From Spizellomyces punctatus DAOM BR117 (lineage: Eukaryota): DNA of 64,000 nucleotides. Below, piece by piece: positions 13,669 to 31,539 of this stretch; the stretch's first letter is position 1, and each line of letters starts with the position of its first letter. A program made the position numbers and the translations under genes. The stretch lies in assembly GCA_000182565.2 (NCBI GenBank), contig KQ257450.1, one strand, 5' to 3'. The notes beneath the pieces were generated by a model. The model ran no database searches. It saw only the letters and a program-made list of their open reading frames with translations, and had not been told where the DNA came from.

Positions 13669-15208
13669 GACCGATTCAAATCCGCCCATCGCGGCTGGTC
13701 GTCTCGAACTCTCGATCGCTCCTTCTTTGAGCTTTCTGGCTGGAGTTCCAAAGCAACTTGAATGGCAATGGGTCATTGGGAGGTTCTGCCTCTGCCTATT
13801 CATAACCTATTCACCAGGCACCAGCTGAGCATGTCCATAGGTTATCTTTGTGTCATTTGTGTCAAGTGCACGCACACGTTCAAACTAGTTATAGTACAAG
13901 GCGTTTGTAGAGCATGCAACTGTTGATTACCCGCTTCATGTCTTCCAAAACTCAATTAAACAATGTAGCAACGGATACCAAATGGTCAGATTCATAAAGT
14001 TTAGCTTAAAGGACCATCTTCGGTCGATGCCGATCATCGAGGATGATCGGTAAACCTGATCCGCACTCAAACACCGAAAGGGATCGACACCCGACAAACA
14101 AAGTCTACCAGTAGGGCCGCGATAGTTTTATGTGGGATTCACCATACTCCCAGCTCAATGCAATCGCGCGAAACTGGAACATGATGCCATTGTGTTTAGA
14201 TCCTCTTTCAATATGGTGTTGCCCGGTCATACAAAAAGAAGTGGAATTGTCACTGTTGATACCCATGAGTTTCCTATCTTGCTACTATATGTGGTAGTCA
14301 GCGTTGGCTTTATGTGCTGGCAGCTAAAAGCGTTGCAGATCTACAGGTATCAGTTGCCACTAACCCCTCGTTTATTAATTGATATCCATGTCTTGCAAAC
14401 GGTTAGGCATAAGGTGCGTGGACACTCGGTCTCGGGTACACTTGGCGAATGCATCTGGACCTTGTACGCTAGCCAAAGGAGTGAAGTCTGCTAGCTTGCC
14501 TTGCAGCATTAACTCTGACAATGGAAGTTGGGAGCCATTCTAAATGCCAGCAAGATAACTTCGTGCCTTCCAATTGAATCCAGAGTTGCCTTGCTCCTAG
14601 AAGCGTTCAGGTCACAACCTTTCATACGGACACATACTTTTAACCAGCCCGATGTAAAATACTAGAAGTTTTCGTTCTCAATCATCTCAGAGGAAGCCCC
14701 TCTTCAGACATTTGGGGACTAGCTCTTTCTCACAAATCTCAAATTATGCGCTCTACCTTTTGACACTTGTGGCCACAATGGCTTCAAGCATTGGAAAGGA
14801 TTTCGAAAAGCACATGAAATGAGGTAAATATCCAGTCCTTTGCTGATCGATGACGCTGAGCATGAGGACTTTTCCAAAATGCCCATTCTGCGTGTTATAA
14901 CAGCAGTTATTTTCAATATCCAATTTGAAATCTGAAAATGCGTTTGAGACGAATGCGATATCCATTATCTCCGTCCCTACAGGTCAGATGTCTTGATTTC
15001 GTGATGTGAAATTGTGCGATGGCGGGTCAAAGTGACACTGGAACCAGTCGGGTTGTAATTTGTCGAAATCGGCCTGCAAAAACACTTGGCATTTCGACAG
15101 CAATCATCAGTAGAAAACCTCATCGTCCCCCCCGCACCAACTGAGCCCCCTGTTATCGCACACTTCTTGTCGAGTCGTTACTTTTCTCATTTTAAAAAGC
15201 ATCTCAAA

Positions 15209-15837
15209 ATGGATCAAATCCAGCCGTACCTCCAGCAGTTTGATAACTACCTCGGAAAGTTCAGAACCTTGAACAGAATTGAAAAGGCTACAGGAGTGCC
15301 AAAGGTAGCGTTGGAGCACCGAAGCATCAGCACCTGGTCGTGAATATTAACCGCCATTTCTTGTGCAAACCCCGCTAGACCTACTTCACGTTGGCCGTTT
15401 ACGCCCTTACTTCGATTTCCGTTTTCTTCAACATCTTTGCTGGTCTCACCACCAATCTTCTTGCTATCATCTACCCTACATACCGCGCATTTGAGGCATC
15501 CTACAAGGAGGATACGGCGGCATTGAAAGTCTGGGCGACCTACTTCTGGGCTATTGGCATCGTGAACATTGTGGAATTGGGCATTACTACCATCTTGGCG
15601 TGGTTCCCGTTCTACTACGTTGTCAAAGTTGTGTTTGTCTTTTGGCTCTTCCTGCCTCAGTACTTTGTAAGTTGCTGTAGAGGAATGTGACTTTTCTGCA
15701 TTTCCTTAACTGACCATCTCTTTACCTGCGTTCTTATCGCATAGGGAGCAAAACTTATCCATGACGCGGTTTTGCCTCAGTTGACTCCTTTCTTCAAGCG
15801 TGCTGAGGCCGAGCAGGCTCAAACCAAACTCGAGTAA
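15209..15837 (+). CDS. YOP1: YOP1/REEP (TB2/DP1/HVA22) ER-shaping protein, 3 exons
   Basis: LNRIEKATGVPK, IYPTYRAFEA, WATYFW, WFPFYYVVKVVFVFWLFLPQ..GA family motifs. Confidence 0.88.
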
Positions 15838-15927
15838 CTAGTAGATAATTCATAGTATAGGGTAACTGGTACATAATGATACAAATAACGGGCCCACTTA
15901 AATGGTTCCATATACCTCCGATTTCAT

Positions 15928-15948
15928 TCCCCCCCCCCCCCCCCCCCC
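15928..15948. repeat. Poly-C tract
   Basis: About 21 consecutive C. Confidence 0.95.
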
Positions 15949-16466
15949 AATATTTGATAGGTTATGACATGGTTGATATCGCGCCAACAACACAAGTATT
16001 TAAGAGGACGTGTTGGCATCTCGAGCTCTAGATAATAACTCCTCACCGATATCTCCTATGACACATGCCGCCAGTAATATATTATGCATGGTGAAATCTG
16101 CATCGTATAGAGACTGCGCACTTCGACTAGTAATAGGACGACCATCTTCGATGGTGGACTATGACGCTCCTGAAGCCGATATCATGCTGCCCCACCTGCA
16201 GTCAGGTCCGTACCAATTATCCTCTCTGCGCCATAGTCCAACGCATGTCTTCCTCGGTGGGTCTCAAACTCCCTTGTGACCAGTCACCACGGCGCCCCTG
16301 TTCCAAGTCATGCACCAAGATGTGACAATTGATAATTTCTCGGGGAGCGTGGGGTTCGATGCCCAAAACCCGTAGGCACATTATGGTCGTGCACGATGCG
16401 CGCAAGCGACATTTCAAGTCATTAAATACATAAGCGTCTGCGTACCCTCTGAACACCCCCCTTGCA

Positions 16467-17576
16467 TTATGAATTCCGAGGAATCGTATTGCCAAACTTA
16501 TCAAATTTCTCGTCGTCGTCCTCCTCCTCCTGCTCGTCCTCTTCTTCGCTCTCGCTTGGCGGCATATCCCTCGGTATTATATTTCCAAAACGATCCACTT
16601 CAATGTCGTCCTCGTCCTCCTCTAGTTCGTCTTCCTCGCTTTGGGGCAAATCCCGCCGTATTGTATTACCAAATTTATCAACTTCAGGTTGATCCTCCTC
16701 TTCTTCCTCCTCTTCTTCATCGCTCGGTGGCATGTCCAATGATATTGAATTTCCTGTCTCATTCCTTTTTTCACGATGATCTTTGTACTCTTGATTGATC
16801 TGTTGGAGATACTCGTTTTGGGTTTCTACTACCTCAGCAGAGGATCTGCAGGATTTGTACTTCTCAAAAAGGGCGCTGTATGGATGACAAGGGTATATGA
16901 CCACCAGAGTCGCATTCTTCATTGACGGCGTGTTACATACCCGTTGATTTCCCAGAAAGCATGACCCCATTTGAATTTGGAAAGAAGTGTATGACCATGC
17001 TCATCTAGGCCTACGAAAAATGGAGGGTTAGACTTTTCTTTTTTCCAAAAATACACTGATTTGATCTTATTTTCAGAATCTACTGACCTGTGATAAAAAA
17101 GCAGGCGGCAAGCGCTTCAACGCAGTTCAATTTAAATGGTTTACCATAATTGACGGGATTAGCCGCTACCAAATAAGGCACTGTAATCAAAACTATCATG
17201 AGTAATGAGCGACCGACCCGGAAGTTCCAGTATCTTACTGACGCAGTCGCTCATGAGGTGATCTGATCTTTTCAAATGGAACTTCCTCTATTCTCGCCCA
17301 TGAACAGTCGACCACACACAATCCAGCCCCTTCAATAATACTTCTATCAGCAGGAGATACACTCTGCGTTCCCTTTGGACTCAGAACAATCCCTTTGAAT
17401 CGTTGACCGATTTTAAGGGTGCGAATGAGGTGCAAACGGGCGAGCTTTCGACCGCTGCAGCGCTTCGGGTCGCAGTGATCAAAGTCCCACATTGCAAGGG
17501 GCACGGGTATGCGGGTACTTGATTCAGATACTTCATCATCCTGTGGCCGTCCTCTGTTACGAGAGTGTTTGCCCAT
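16467..17576 (-). CDS. TSR3: 18S rRNA aminocarboxypropyltransferase TSR3 (multi-exon)
   Basis: [60 protein letters not shown]; acidic tail. Confidence 0.95.
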
Positions 17577-18199
17577 TCTGATTGCTGAGTGGAACAAATT
17601 CAGGTCAGGGACCGACTGACTTTTAGATTCATAGTCACGTGGTAGCTGTGATTATGGAGCTGACATGTAGGAGTCATATCCATACGCTGCATTCTACATG
17701 CAACTCCTATCAATGTGTTCAACAGCAGATAGAGTGGAAGTATACGTGCAGGTTACGGCAGACCTGAAAAATACACAAGATGCAGTCTATCATCCTATGA
17801 AAGTGTACTTGAAATAAACCAGTGGTGTCTGGTGAATAGGTCGACGAGTTGTATTCCCTTGAGATATCTCAGCAACAACTGTTTAAACAGCTCATCCAAA
17901 CCAAGCGTCGGAGTGCACTCACATGACTATGAGCCGCCCCTGCCCTAAACCAAAATCAAGAAACAAACCCTTTATCAGTTAACTGCATGGCCCACATCAA
18001 AGACTTGAGGAACCAGGCGGATGCCTGAACCATAGAAAGATTCGTTCCGCCACCAAAAAAGAACGGAACCACAGGGACAATAGTTCTTCAAGTACAAGTA
18101 TAAAAGAGAAGACAGCTTTTAGGATTCTCCAGCACTTTATTACGCACGGAACGCCTAAAACCTGCTAAATTCCACCCATAAATTCGTTACATATACACG

Positions 18200-18509
18200 A
18201 TGAAGTTCTTCCTTGCCCTCCTCGCTCTCGTCTTCTTTGTTCTTACTCACTGTATGAAGTCTTTACTGTCGTTTACTTTCCGAGCAACTCTTCATACTAA
18301 CTTTATCCTCATCCCATGCTGCAGTGACAACTGTTAATGCCAAATGCACCATCAGTGCTTGTGAACTTCAGCCCCGGTGCGACTTAGGCAACAATGAGAA
18401 AACATGCGTAGATCAAAACGGGAAATCAACATTTACATGCACTGGGGTTACGAAAAGAGTGATGTGCTGCACCAATGACGAGTGCAGTAAGATGGACATC
18501 ATTCCGTAA
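18200..18509 (+). CDS. Small secreted 8-Cys protein (2 exons, about 78 aa)
   Basis: TATAAAA near 18099; exon 1 MKFFLALLALVFFVLTH; intron GTATGA..CTAAC..CAG; exon 2 LTTVNA-KCTISACELQPRCDLGNNEKTCVDQNGKSTFTCTGVTKRVMCCTNDECSKMDIIP. Confidence 0.8.
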
Positions 18510-19811
18510 AATGGAGGACCGCATCATGTTGATAGCTCGCAGAAACAAGAGCTATCGATTGTAAATTATATAGAAAATGGGGCCAGCGAGTGCAATGCTA
18601 TCGCATAAAATAAAATGTACACATGTATCTAGAACTTTATACAGCCAAATACAAATAGAAAACTAATGAAGATAAACAAATGATGGAGAGCACGTGAGTT
18701 TGTCACATGCGATCTGATTGGTCAACTTGTCAGTGCGATGGATGACTCACAGCCGATCTTTGATATTTGGGGCAGTCCCTTCCGTCTCCGGCTTTACTTT
18801 CTTGTTTATCATCTACCTATTGAAGCACAGGGAACTTGCTTTCCTGTAAGTTCGCAACTTTACCTTCAAAGCTTACTTTGACACCCGCATCCCCAACCGT
18901 GGCGGCTTTTCGTCTCGGTTGGAGTTGCCCCGCCTTCGGGTCGGTGTCGCCTCGGTCGTTCCAGATGACCGTCGCCGACAACGACCTCGGTGTTGTAGCG
19001 TCCTCCGCCTTGGTAGGTGAACAATCTGTAGCATTGGAATTGATGAAGAGATGGATAAATTCTATCAGCATCAACGACCGTTGGGAACTGCCCCCTTAGC
19101 TGACAGTTTTCATCGTTTGTCTCTTACTAGAGTGTCGAGGACCTCCACTGCGACGGGAGCCACAAAAGACGACGAAACAGACTCGTACGTCACCGTGCCC
19201 AAAAGCGCTATCGTAAAGCAAGCACCACCATACCCAGATCTAGCCCTCCTGCTGCTGAGGACAGCATGGCCTCTCTGTTGGACTTCCCCTCACTGCCGTC
19301 ACTCAAGGCCCTCGACTCTACCATACTCTCAAGCATGGTCACCTCCGAAGCGTACAAGCATGCGCTTGTGTCTGTTCCGTTGGCCTCATCTGTGCCTTAC
19401 GTAACAATCTGCCGTTCCATGAACCGCACACATCATTATAAGCCTGCCTCGATCATTCGAAGACGGATAGTCGTTCAACCCCCAAAGTGCAAGAGCAACA
19501 TGTCAACATTTGCCAAATTGCCTCTAACTTCTCTACGGTTGGCAAGACCAATTGTCGATTTATGCCGCGACAGACGTCGTCGGGTTACCAGCATTAAGCG
19601 AAGAACTCCTGTTGTCGCATCCAGGAAGGACATTGCAAAAGATCTCAGTGCTTTGAACAAAGGCGCTGCTAACGCAAATCTGCTCCATTTCGAACCCGTG
19701 TGGGCACGATTTTCTTTACCATGGAATCAACAGTGCATTGCACGCGATCGAACTGTTGCATGCGCCGTATCTATTGCTGCATAAGCTCCTTATACTGTCA
19801 CATATCCCAAA

Positions 19812-21582
19812 ATGACGGTAAGATGGCCTAGATAGTCTCTTCTCTTTCGCATTCGCATGTTCCACCACTCACATAGTCCTGATAGTCGAAACTGAAGCCC
19901 ACGCTGGAGGAGATTAAGGGCCTTGTGGCTAGGAAAGCGGGAAACATTATTCCTGTCCATCAAGACATTTCCGCTGATTTAATTACACCTGTTTCCGCGT
20001 ATCTGAGATTGTCGGAAAGCAGTGATTATTCTTTCTTGTTTGAGTCTGTTTCTGGTGGTGAAAAAATCGGTCGTTATTCGTTTTTGGGCGCAGGTATGAG
20101 CGAGATTGCGCCTCATGTTTTGGCTGCGAAGGATGCCAGTGATTCACTCCACTTCGTTTCTATCTAGCCCCTTATAAGGTAATTCGTACCGGCGATAACG
20201 AAGCGGTGCAAGGCGATCCACTTATTGTGGTTGAAAACGAACTGAAAAATATCAAGTATGTCCACGTACCTGGAATTCCCGAGTTCACTGGTAAGAGAAT
20301 TATAGCAGGATGTATACCTAAGAACGACGTTAAGCATTATCTGGTTGCAATAGGTGGTGCCATTGGATACATCGCCTATGATTGCGTGCGATATTTTGAG
20401 CCCCGCACTGCAAAGAAACTTCGTGACCCCATTGGTATTCCCGATGCAATTTTGATGTTTTGCGACACGATTGTCGTGTTCGATCATCTCCACCACATAA
20501 TGAAGGTCGTGAGCCATTTCCGAGTCGATAACACGGAAAGTGAAGCATATCAGATTGAGATGGAATACGCTCGGGTTACTGCCGAGATTCAAAAAGTGGT
20601 TCAGTTACTGAATAGCGAACACATACCCCTTCCCAAGCAACCTCCAATCGAACTGAATCAACCAAGCGAATCGAACGTCGGGAAAGAAGGATACGAAAAT
20701 TTTGTGAAAAAGCTTAAGCACCATATCAACGAAGGTGACATCATTCAAGCAGTACCTTCGCAACGATTGAAGAAGCGGACGTCATTGCACCCTTTCAACG
20801 CATACCGGCAGTTGCGCAGTGTTAACCCCTCACCGTATATGTTCTACGTGGATGTAAAAGATTTCCAGATTGTCGGTGCCTCTCCGGAGATGTTGATTAA
20901 GGTTGAAAACAATATTGTCTACACGCATCCCATTGCCGGTACTCGTAAGCGCGGAAAAACTCCCGAGGAAGATGATGCTCTTGCCGCAGATCTCCTTGGT
21001 GATCTGAAAGAGAGATCGGAACATATTATGCTTGTGGATCTCGGCCGGAACGACGTAAACCGCATTTGCCAACCTAGCACGGTGAAAGTTGATTCGCTTA
21101 TGCACATTGAACGTTACAGTCATGTTATGCACATTGTCAGCAATGTTTCTGGTAAACTACGACCGGACAAAACTGGTTTCGACGCTTTTCGATCGATTTT
21201 CCCAGCTGGTACTGTCAGCGGGGCCCCCAAAGTTAAGGCTATGGAGCTCATATATGAACTCGAGGGTGAAAAGCGTGGCATCTACGCTGGAGCTGTGGGT
21301 TACTTTGCCTACTCGGGAAGTATGGACACGGCAATCGCTATCCGGACTATGCTGTTCAAGGATGGTTATGTCTATTTGCAAGCTGGAGCAGGCATTGTAT
21401 ACGATTCGGTCCCTGTGAGCGAATGGGAGGAAACCGTCAACAAGCTGAAATCAAATGTCACGGCTATCGAGAATGCCGAAATGTACTATCACAGTCGTAA
21501 AATTCAACAGAAGGAAACCCCTCTTCTGGAGCAAATTCTTATCGAACAAGACAACTTCACTGTGTATCCACACTACCACTGA
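19812..21582 (+). CDS. TRP2: Anthranilate synthase component I (multi-exon)
   Basis: DLITPVSAYL, SFLFESV, NPSPYMF, SPEML, PIAGTRKRG, EHIMLVDLGRND, FPAGTVSGAPK, QAGAGIVYDS; micro-exon ATG ACG|GTAAGA at 19812. Confidence 0.96.
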
Positions 21583-21596
21583 AAGCGTACATCACA

Positions 21597-24011
21597 ATGA
21601 CTACATTATTGATTGACAATTACGACAGTTTCACCTGGAACGTATACCAGTATCTCTCGGAGCTGGGTGCAGACGTACAGGTGTACCGTAACGATCAGAT
21701 CACGTTGGAGCAATGTATTGCCATCAACCCCCGGAATGTGGTAATCTCACCCGGGCCAGGACGACCCGCTGATGCAGGGGTATCAAACGATGTCATTCGA
21801 CACTTTGCAGGGAAGGTCCCAATACTTGGTGTATGTCTTGGTGAGCAATGTATGTACGAGACATACGGTGGAACGGTGACATATGCTGGTGAAATTGTGC
21901 ACGGTAAAACTTCGCCTGTTCGACATGATGGTCGCGGTTTGTACGAAACGGTTCCGCAAGGTATCGAGGCCACTCGATATCATTCTCTGGCTGGCGATCC
22001 CAAGACGTTGCCGGAGTGTTTAGAAATTACGAGCTGGACGGATAGTGGAATCGTGATGGGCATACGGCACAAGACGTTTGTGATGGAAGGAGTACAATAT
22101 CACCCTGAAAGTATTGCTAGCGAATGCGGCAAGGTGATGTTTGCGAATTTCCTAAAGTGGGAGGGCGGTACATGGGATCGATTGCGGTTGCGGGAAGATT
22201 TGGTGAAGAAGCCTGACGGACATGGAGGACCTGCGGTCAATGGTGCCAGCGATGGAAAGCGAGCGGGCACCGGTGACGGCATTCCACTGGCAAAGGTGTC
22301 CAAAATTAATTCGACGAGCACTGCAGGTGGAGGGGTGCATAGGGCAGGAGGCAGCTCTCCCGCGATAAGCGGGAAAGGGATGCAATCGACAACTGCTGCC
22401 TCCAAAAGCCCTAGCATCCTTCATACCATTTATGAGCAACGTCTCCGTGACGTGCGTGAAGCGCGATCTCGTCCCGGACAATCGGACTATTATTTGCAGC
22501 GGTCCATTGCACTTGGTCTTTCGCCATCGAAGATCGACTTCCCAGCTCGTGTGCTCGCTGCAGCAAACCCGGTGGCGGTGATGGCAGAGATCAAACGTGC
22601 ATCTCCTTCAAAAGGCAACATTGATATCACAGCCCATGCACCTAGCCAAGCATTGGAATATGCTCGCGGTGGAGCGGCAGTCATTTCCGTGCTAACTGAA
22701 CCTAAATGGTTCAAAGGTAGCTTGGAAGACATGCGCCTTGTCCGCGCCGCGTTAGAAGGAGTCCCTGACCGTCCTGCCGTACTTCGCAAGGATTTCATTG
22801 TGGAACGGTATCAAATTCTGGAAGCGCATTTGTACGGAGCGGACACTTTGCTACTTATTGTCGCGATCTTGGATGATGATAAACTGCGGGACCTGTTGGA
22901 GTATTCGCGGCAGTTGGGTATGGAGCCCATGGTTGAGGTTGCAAATTCTGCTGAAATGGAACGTGCGGTAGCCATTGGAGCCAAGGTCATTGGTGTCAAC
23001 AACCGAGACCTGCATACTTTCAACGTGGACATGAACAGGACGAGCGACCTTGCCACGATGGTACCGCAAGGCACCATCTTAGTTGCATTGAGCGGGATCA
23101 CGGGACGTGCGGATGTGGAAACATACATGAAAGGTGGTGCTAAGGCGGTTTTGGTAGGAGAAGCGTTGATGAGGGCACCCAGTAAGCGGGACTTTATCCA
23201 ACAACTCTTGGGTAAGGACGTGGAAGAACAGCCAGCGGTCTCGAACCGAACGATGGTCAAGATCTGTGGGGTAACAAATGTAGAGGATGCGCTGGTGGCC
23301 GCCAAAGCAGGCGCCGATTTCATTGGCCTGATTTTTGCAGAGTCAGCACGAAAGGTGACCATTGACCGTGCCAAGGAGATTGTCCAAGCAGTGCGCAGAG
23401 AGCTAAAAATTTCCGACGAACCTGCGCCCGCTCTTCCCATCCCATCTCCCGACGCGAGTCCATCTACCTGGCTGAACTTGGCCCTCTCGACGATCCGAAG
23501 CCCACGCGCTGGCCCCCTCTTTGTAGGGGTGTTTGCAAATCATTCTGTGAGCTTTATCCAGCAGGCCGTTCGTGACACCAAGATCAACCTTGTACAGTTC
23601 CACGGGTCAGAACCCTGCCATTTGGCAGCCCTCCTCCCTACTCCCGTCATCAAAGCTTTCCATGTCCTTCCTAACGAGACGCCGTCGCAAGTGATTGATC
23701 GCATTGTGGCTCGTGAAACTGTGGGTACGATTTCGGGTGTTTTGCTGGATACCGGTGTGAAATCTGGCCAGCAGGGGGGAACGGGACAAGTTTTTGATTG
23801 GGATGTCGCGGTGCATGTGCAGCGTGAGGGGCGTGTGCCGGTTCTGTTAGCGGGTGGGCTAAAACCTGAAAACGTTGCGGAGGCTGTCAGGAAAGTTAGG
23901 CCCTGGTGCGTGGATGTGAGTAGCGGCGTGGAGTTGGATACGAAAAAGGGGTTCAAAGATCATGGAAAGGTTGTGGATTTTATCAAGGCAGTTAGGACGG
24001 TGGATACATGA
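21597..24011 (+). CDS. trpC: Trifunctional anthranilate synthase II (TrpG) / IGPS (TrpC) / PRAI (TrpF), intronless
   Basis: LIDNYDSFT, ISPGPG, GVCLG, QYHPES (GATase); AEIKRASPSKG, LRKDFI, IGVNNRDL (IGPS); VKICG, QFHGSE, GGTGQVFDW, LAGGL, DVSSGVE (PRAI). Confidence 0.97.
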   Translation: MTTLLIDNYDSFTWNVYQYLSELGADVQVYRNDQITLEQCIAINPRNVVISPGPGRPADAGVSNDVIRHFAGKVPILGVCLGEQCMYETYGGTVTYAGEIVHGKTSPVRHDGRGLYETVPQGIEATRYHSLAGDPKTLPECLEITSWTDSGIVMGIRHKTFVMEGVQYHPESIASECGKVMFANFLKWEGGTWDRLRLREDLVKKPDGHGGPAVNGASDGKRAGTGDGIPLAKVSKINSTSTAGGGVHRAGGSSPAISGKGMQSTTAASKSPSILHTIYEQRLRDVREARSRPGQSDYYLQRSIALGLSPSKIDFPARVLAAANPVAVMAEIKRASPSKGNIDITAHAPSQALEYARGGAAVISVLTEPKWFKGSLEDMRLVRAALEGVPDRPAVLRKDFIVERYQILEAHLYGADTLLLIVAILDDDKLRDLLEYSRQLGMEPMVEVANSAEMERAVAIGAKVIGVNNRDLHTFNVDMNRTSDLATMVPQGTILVALSGITGRADVETYMKGGAKAVLVGEALMRAPSKRDFIQQLLGKDVEEQPAVSNRTMVKICGVTNVEDALVAAKAGADFIGLIFAESARKVTIDRAKEIVQAVRRELKISDEPAPALPIPSPDASPSTWLNLALSTIRSPRAGPLFVGVFANHSVSFIQQAVRDTKINLVQFHGSEPCHLAALLPTPVIKAFHVLPNETPSQVIDRIVARETVGTISGVLLDTGVKSGQQGGTGQVFDWDVAVHVQREGRVPVLLAGGLKPENVAEAVRKVRPWCVDVSSGVELDTKKGFKDHGKVVDFIKAVRTVDT

Positions 24012-24283
24012 ATGAGAGGCGGTTTAACGTGGATTGAGTATCATAATCATTATTGCATTTCGTATCCTTAATTTTGCAGTGAGAGCAACATTCTTTTTGT
24101 TTTGCGACCAGATATGTTTTTGCCGAAATGAGTAACATTTGCTTTGGGATCCCCCAACCCTAATCAGCCATAAATAAAAAGAAACCCTTCCGAACACAGT
24201 ACTATATACATCCCCAACAAACAGCTATTGCAAAAAATAAAACCCAAATTCCTTCCATAGGTTGACGCCAAAAACCCGCGAGT

Positions 24284-29483
<5,200 letters not shown>

Positions 29484-30460
29484 GATTGGGCAAACCCAAA
29501 AAAGCGCCGCGCTTATGAACACCACCCCCCAAAACAGAGAGCCGACGCTGATCAACAAAAGATTCAAATGGGTCGTTGGTGGGTACGGACAATGAGACTT
29601 CCGTCCGACAGAGTTATTGTCCATTAGTCCAAATGCAGTCTAATGGACATTTGCCAAATAAGGCTATATTTGCAAGTCATCCAATGAAACTATATATGGA
29701 TATATAGTATTATGCCAATAAAGGTGAAATGACAAGGGAGGGAAATGATGCCCCTTTTACGTAGCCCCGCGCGCGTATGTTTGTATCCGCAGCAACACGC
29801 TTGCAAGCAGCAGCTACAGATGGACGACTTCTTGAAACTCGTAGGAATAAACAAGTCAAAGGGACTTGAGGGTGTGGCAAAAGATGGCCGCTGGACCGCA
29901 TCCTTTTGAAAGGCTATATATATTGCTAATAAAAAGATGAAATCTCATTTCAACGACTGTATCTGGCATTCAAAGCAACTGAAGACCAGGAGGAGGACGC
30001 CAGGGGGGAAAAACGAATCCTGATGGTTTTGCGCAGTGCGTAAAATGACGGCGAGTTGCACAAAACGAAGAGCAAGACAAAGCTCTTTGTTAAAACGTGG
30101 GGGCAGAGCAAAAAACTCAAAAAACGTAACATGCATGTGGCATTTCATCACTTCTACAGTCTTTTTGCTAGAAATGACTCTACCGTTGTTCTTGCTCGTT
30201 TGCTGTGCTTGTGTTTTTTCTTTTCCTGCGCTGTAGGTTCGTACAAGTGAAAGTCTTTTGCTCGAAGCATAAGCTCCCCCCCTTCCCCCCTCCTCCCCGC
30301 GGGAGAGCTTTTGCCAGAGAGTTTATTTAAAGCGAGGCTCTTTCCTCCCTTCCCCCCCTTATTCAACACATCCCCATCCCATCGCTTCCCCTCCCAGCAA
30401 CACACACACGTTTCCCTCTGCGCATCGCCCTATTCCCGCCATTTTATAAATCTTTGAATC

Positions 30461-31539
30461 ATGCGATACACCTTTATCTACGCTCTTCTTTTGCTTTGCC
30501 TCGTTTTCTCTGTCACTGCGCAGAGGCAGCAGGCCGGAAAGCGATCCAATAATGGAAACAAGCAAAACAATGGCAACAATGGTAATAACGGCAACAACGG
30601 CAATACCGGCAGCAACGGTAACAACGGCACCACTGCCAACACTGGCAACCAGGCGGGCGTCGGCGGGGCCACTAGTGGTGGTGACATCAACCGCAATGTG
30701 GGGCCTTTCCCGGAAACCCAATTTTGCAAGGACACTGGCCTGACGCCCTCGGATGGTACTCAGATCAGGACAGGCGCCTGTTCGTCGACTCCAATGGGTG
30801 CCATCCCCGCCGTCGAAAAGATGGTGCGTTTGCAATGTCGCCAATTTCCATTAGTTTTTTGTAGTCTCACAGAGTGTCTTTAAAGGTGTCGAGCATCATC
30901 ATTGAGCCCGAGAACGGTGCAAGGATCGACGCCAGCAAGGATTTGACCATTACCACCGACTACCGAAACTTGGACACCGGTTTTTTCTCTGGTAGGCTGC
31001 GCAACCAGAAGATTTTAAAAATTCGTGCCATGTATACTTATAACATTTTCACAGACCCGCAAACTCAATACTACATTGTCCCCCAGACTCTGAGCGCCCA
31101 AGGCATCATTCAGGGCCACTCCCACATTACAATTCAAGAACTCAAGTCAACGCGATCTGCTCCAGACCCACAAGCTTTTGCCTTTTTCAAAGGTCTCAAT
31201 GACCGTGCCGCTGATGGTCGCACTCTCTCTGTCACCGTTCCCGGAGGAACATTCAAGACCAATGGCCTCTACCGTATCTGCTCCCTTAGCAGCTCGGATG
31301 CCCACCAGCCGGTTATCATGCCTGTGGCGCAGCGTGGCGCCCAGGACGATTGCATTCGTATCAACGTGGAAAACGCTGGTACTGGGAAGCAACAAGGAAA
31401 CAACCGTGACAACAGAAACCAAGGTGGCAACAATGGGCAAGGAAACAACAATGGCGGAAACAAGAGGCAGGCCAGATCAAACATCTTTGGTCGTCACGCG
31501 TTAACCGCGGAGCGTCGCATGGCAAGATTGCACGTCTAG
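30461..31539 (+). CDS. Secreted protein with Asn/Gly-rich termini and a Cys-containing fungal core (3 exons)
   Basis: Signal peptide MRYTFIYALLLLCLVFSVTA; (NNG)n tracts; core DGTQIRTGACSSTPMGAIP...GHSHITIQ...FFKGLND...PVAQRGAQDDCIR. Confidence 0.8.

Noticed and set aside
13900-14965. Possible minus-strand gene divergent from YOP1
   Set aside because: Only short ORFs without identifiable motifs
18817-19784. Overlapping ORFs on both strands upstream of TRP2
   Set aside because: Could not determine strand or exon structure; no domain recognised
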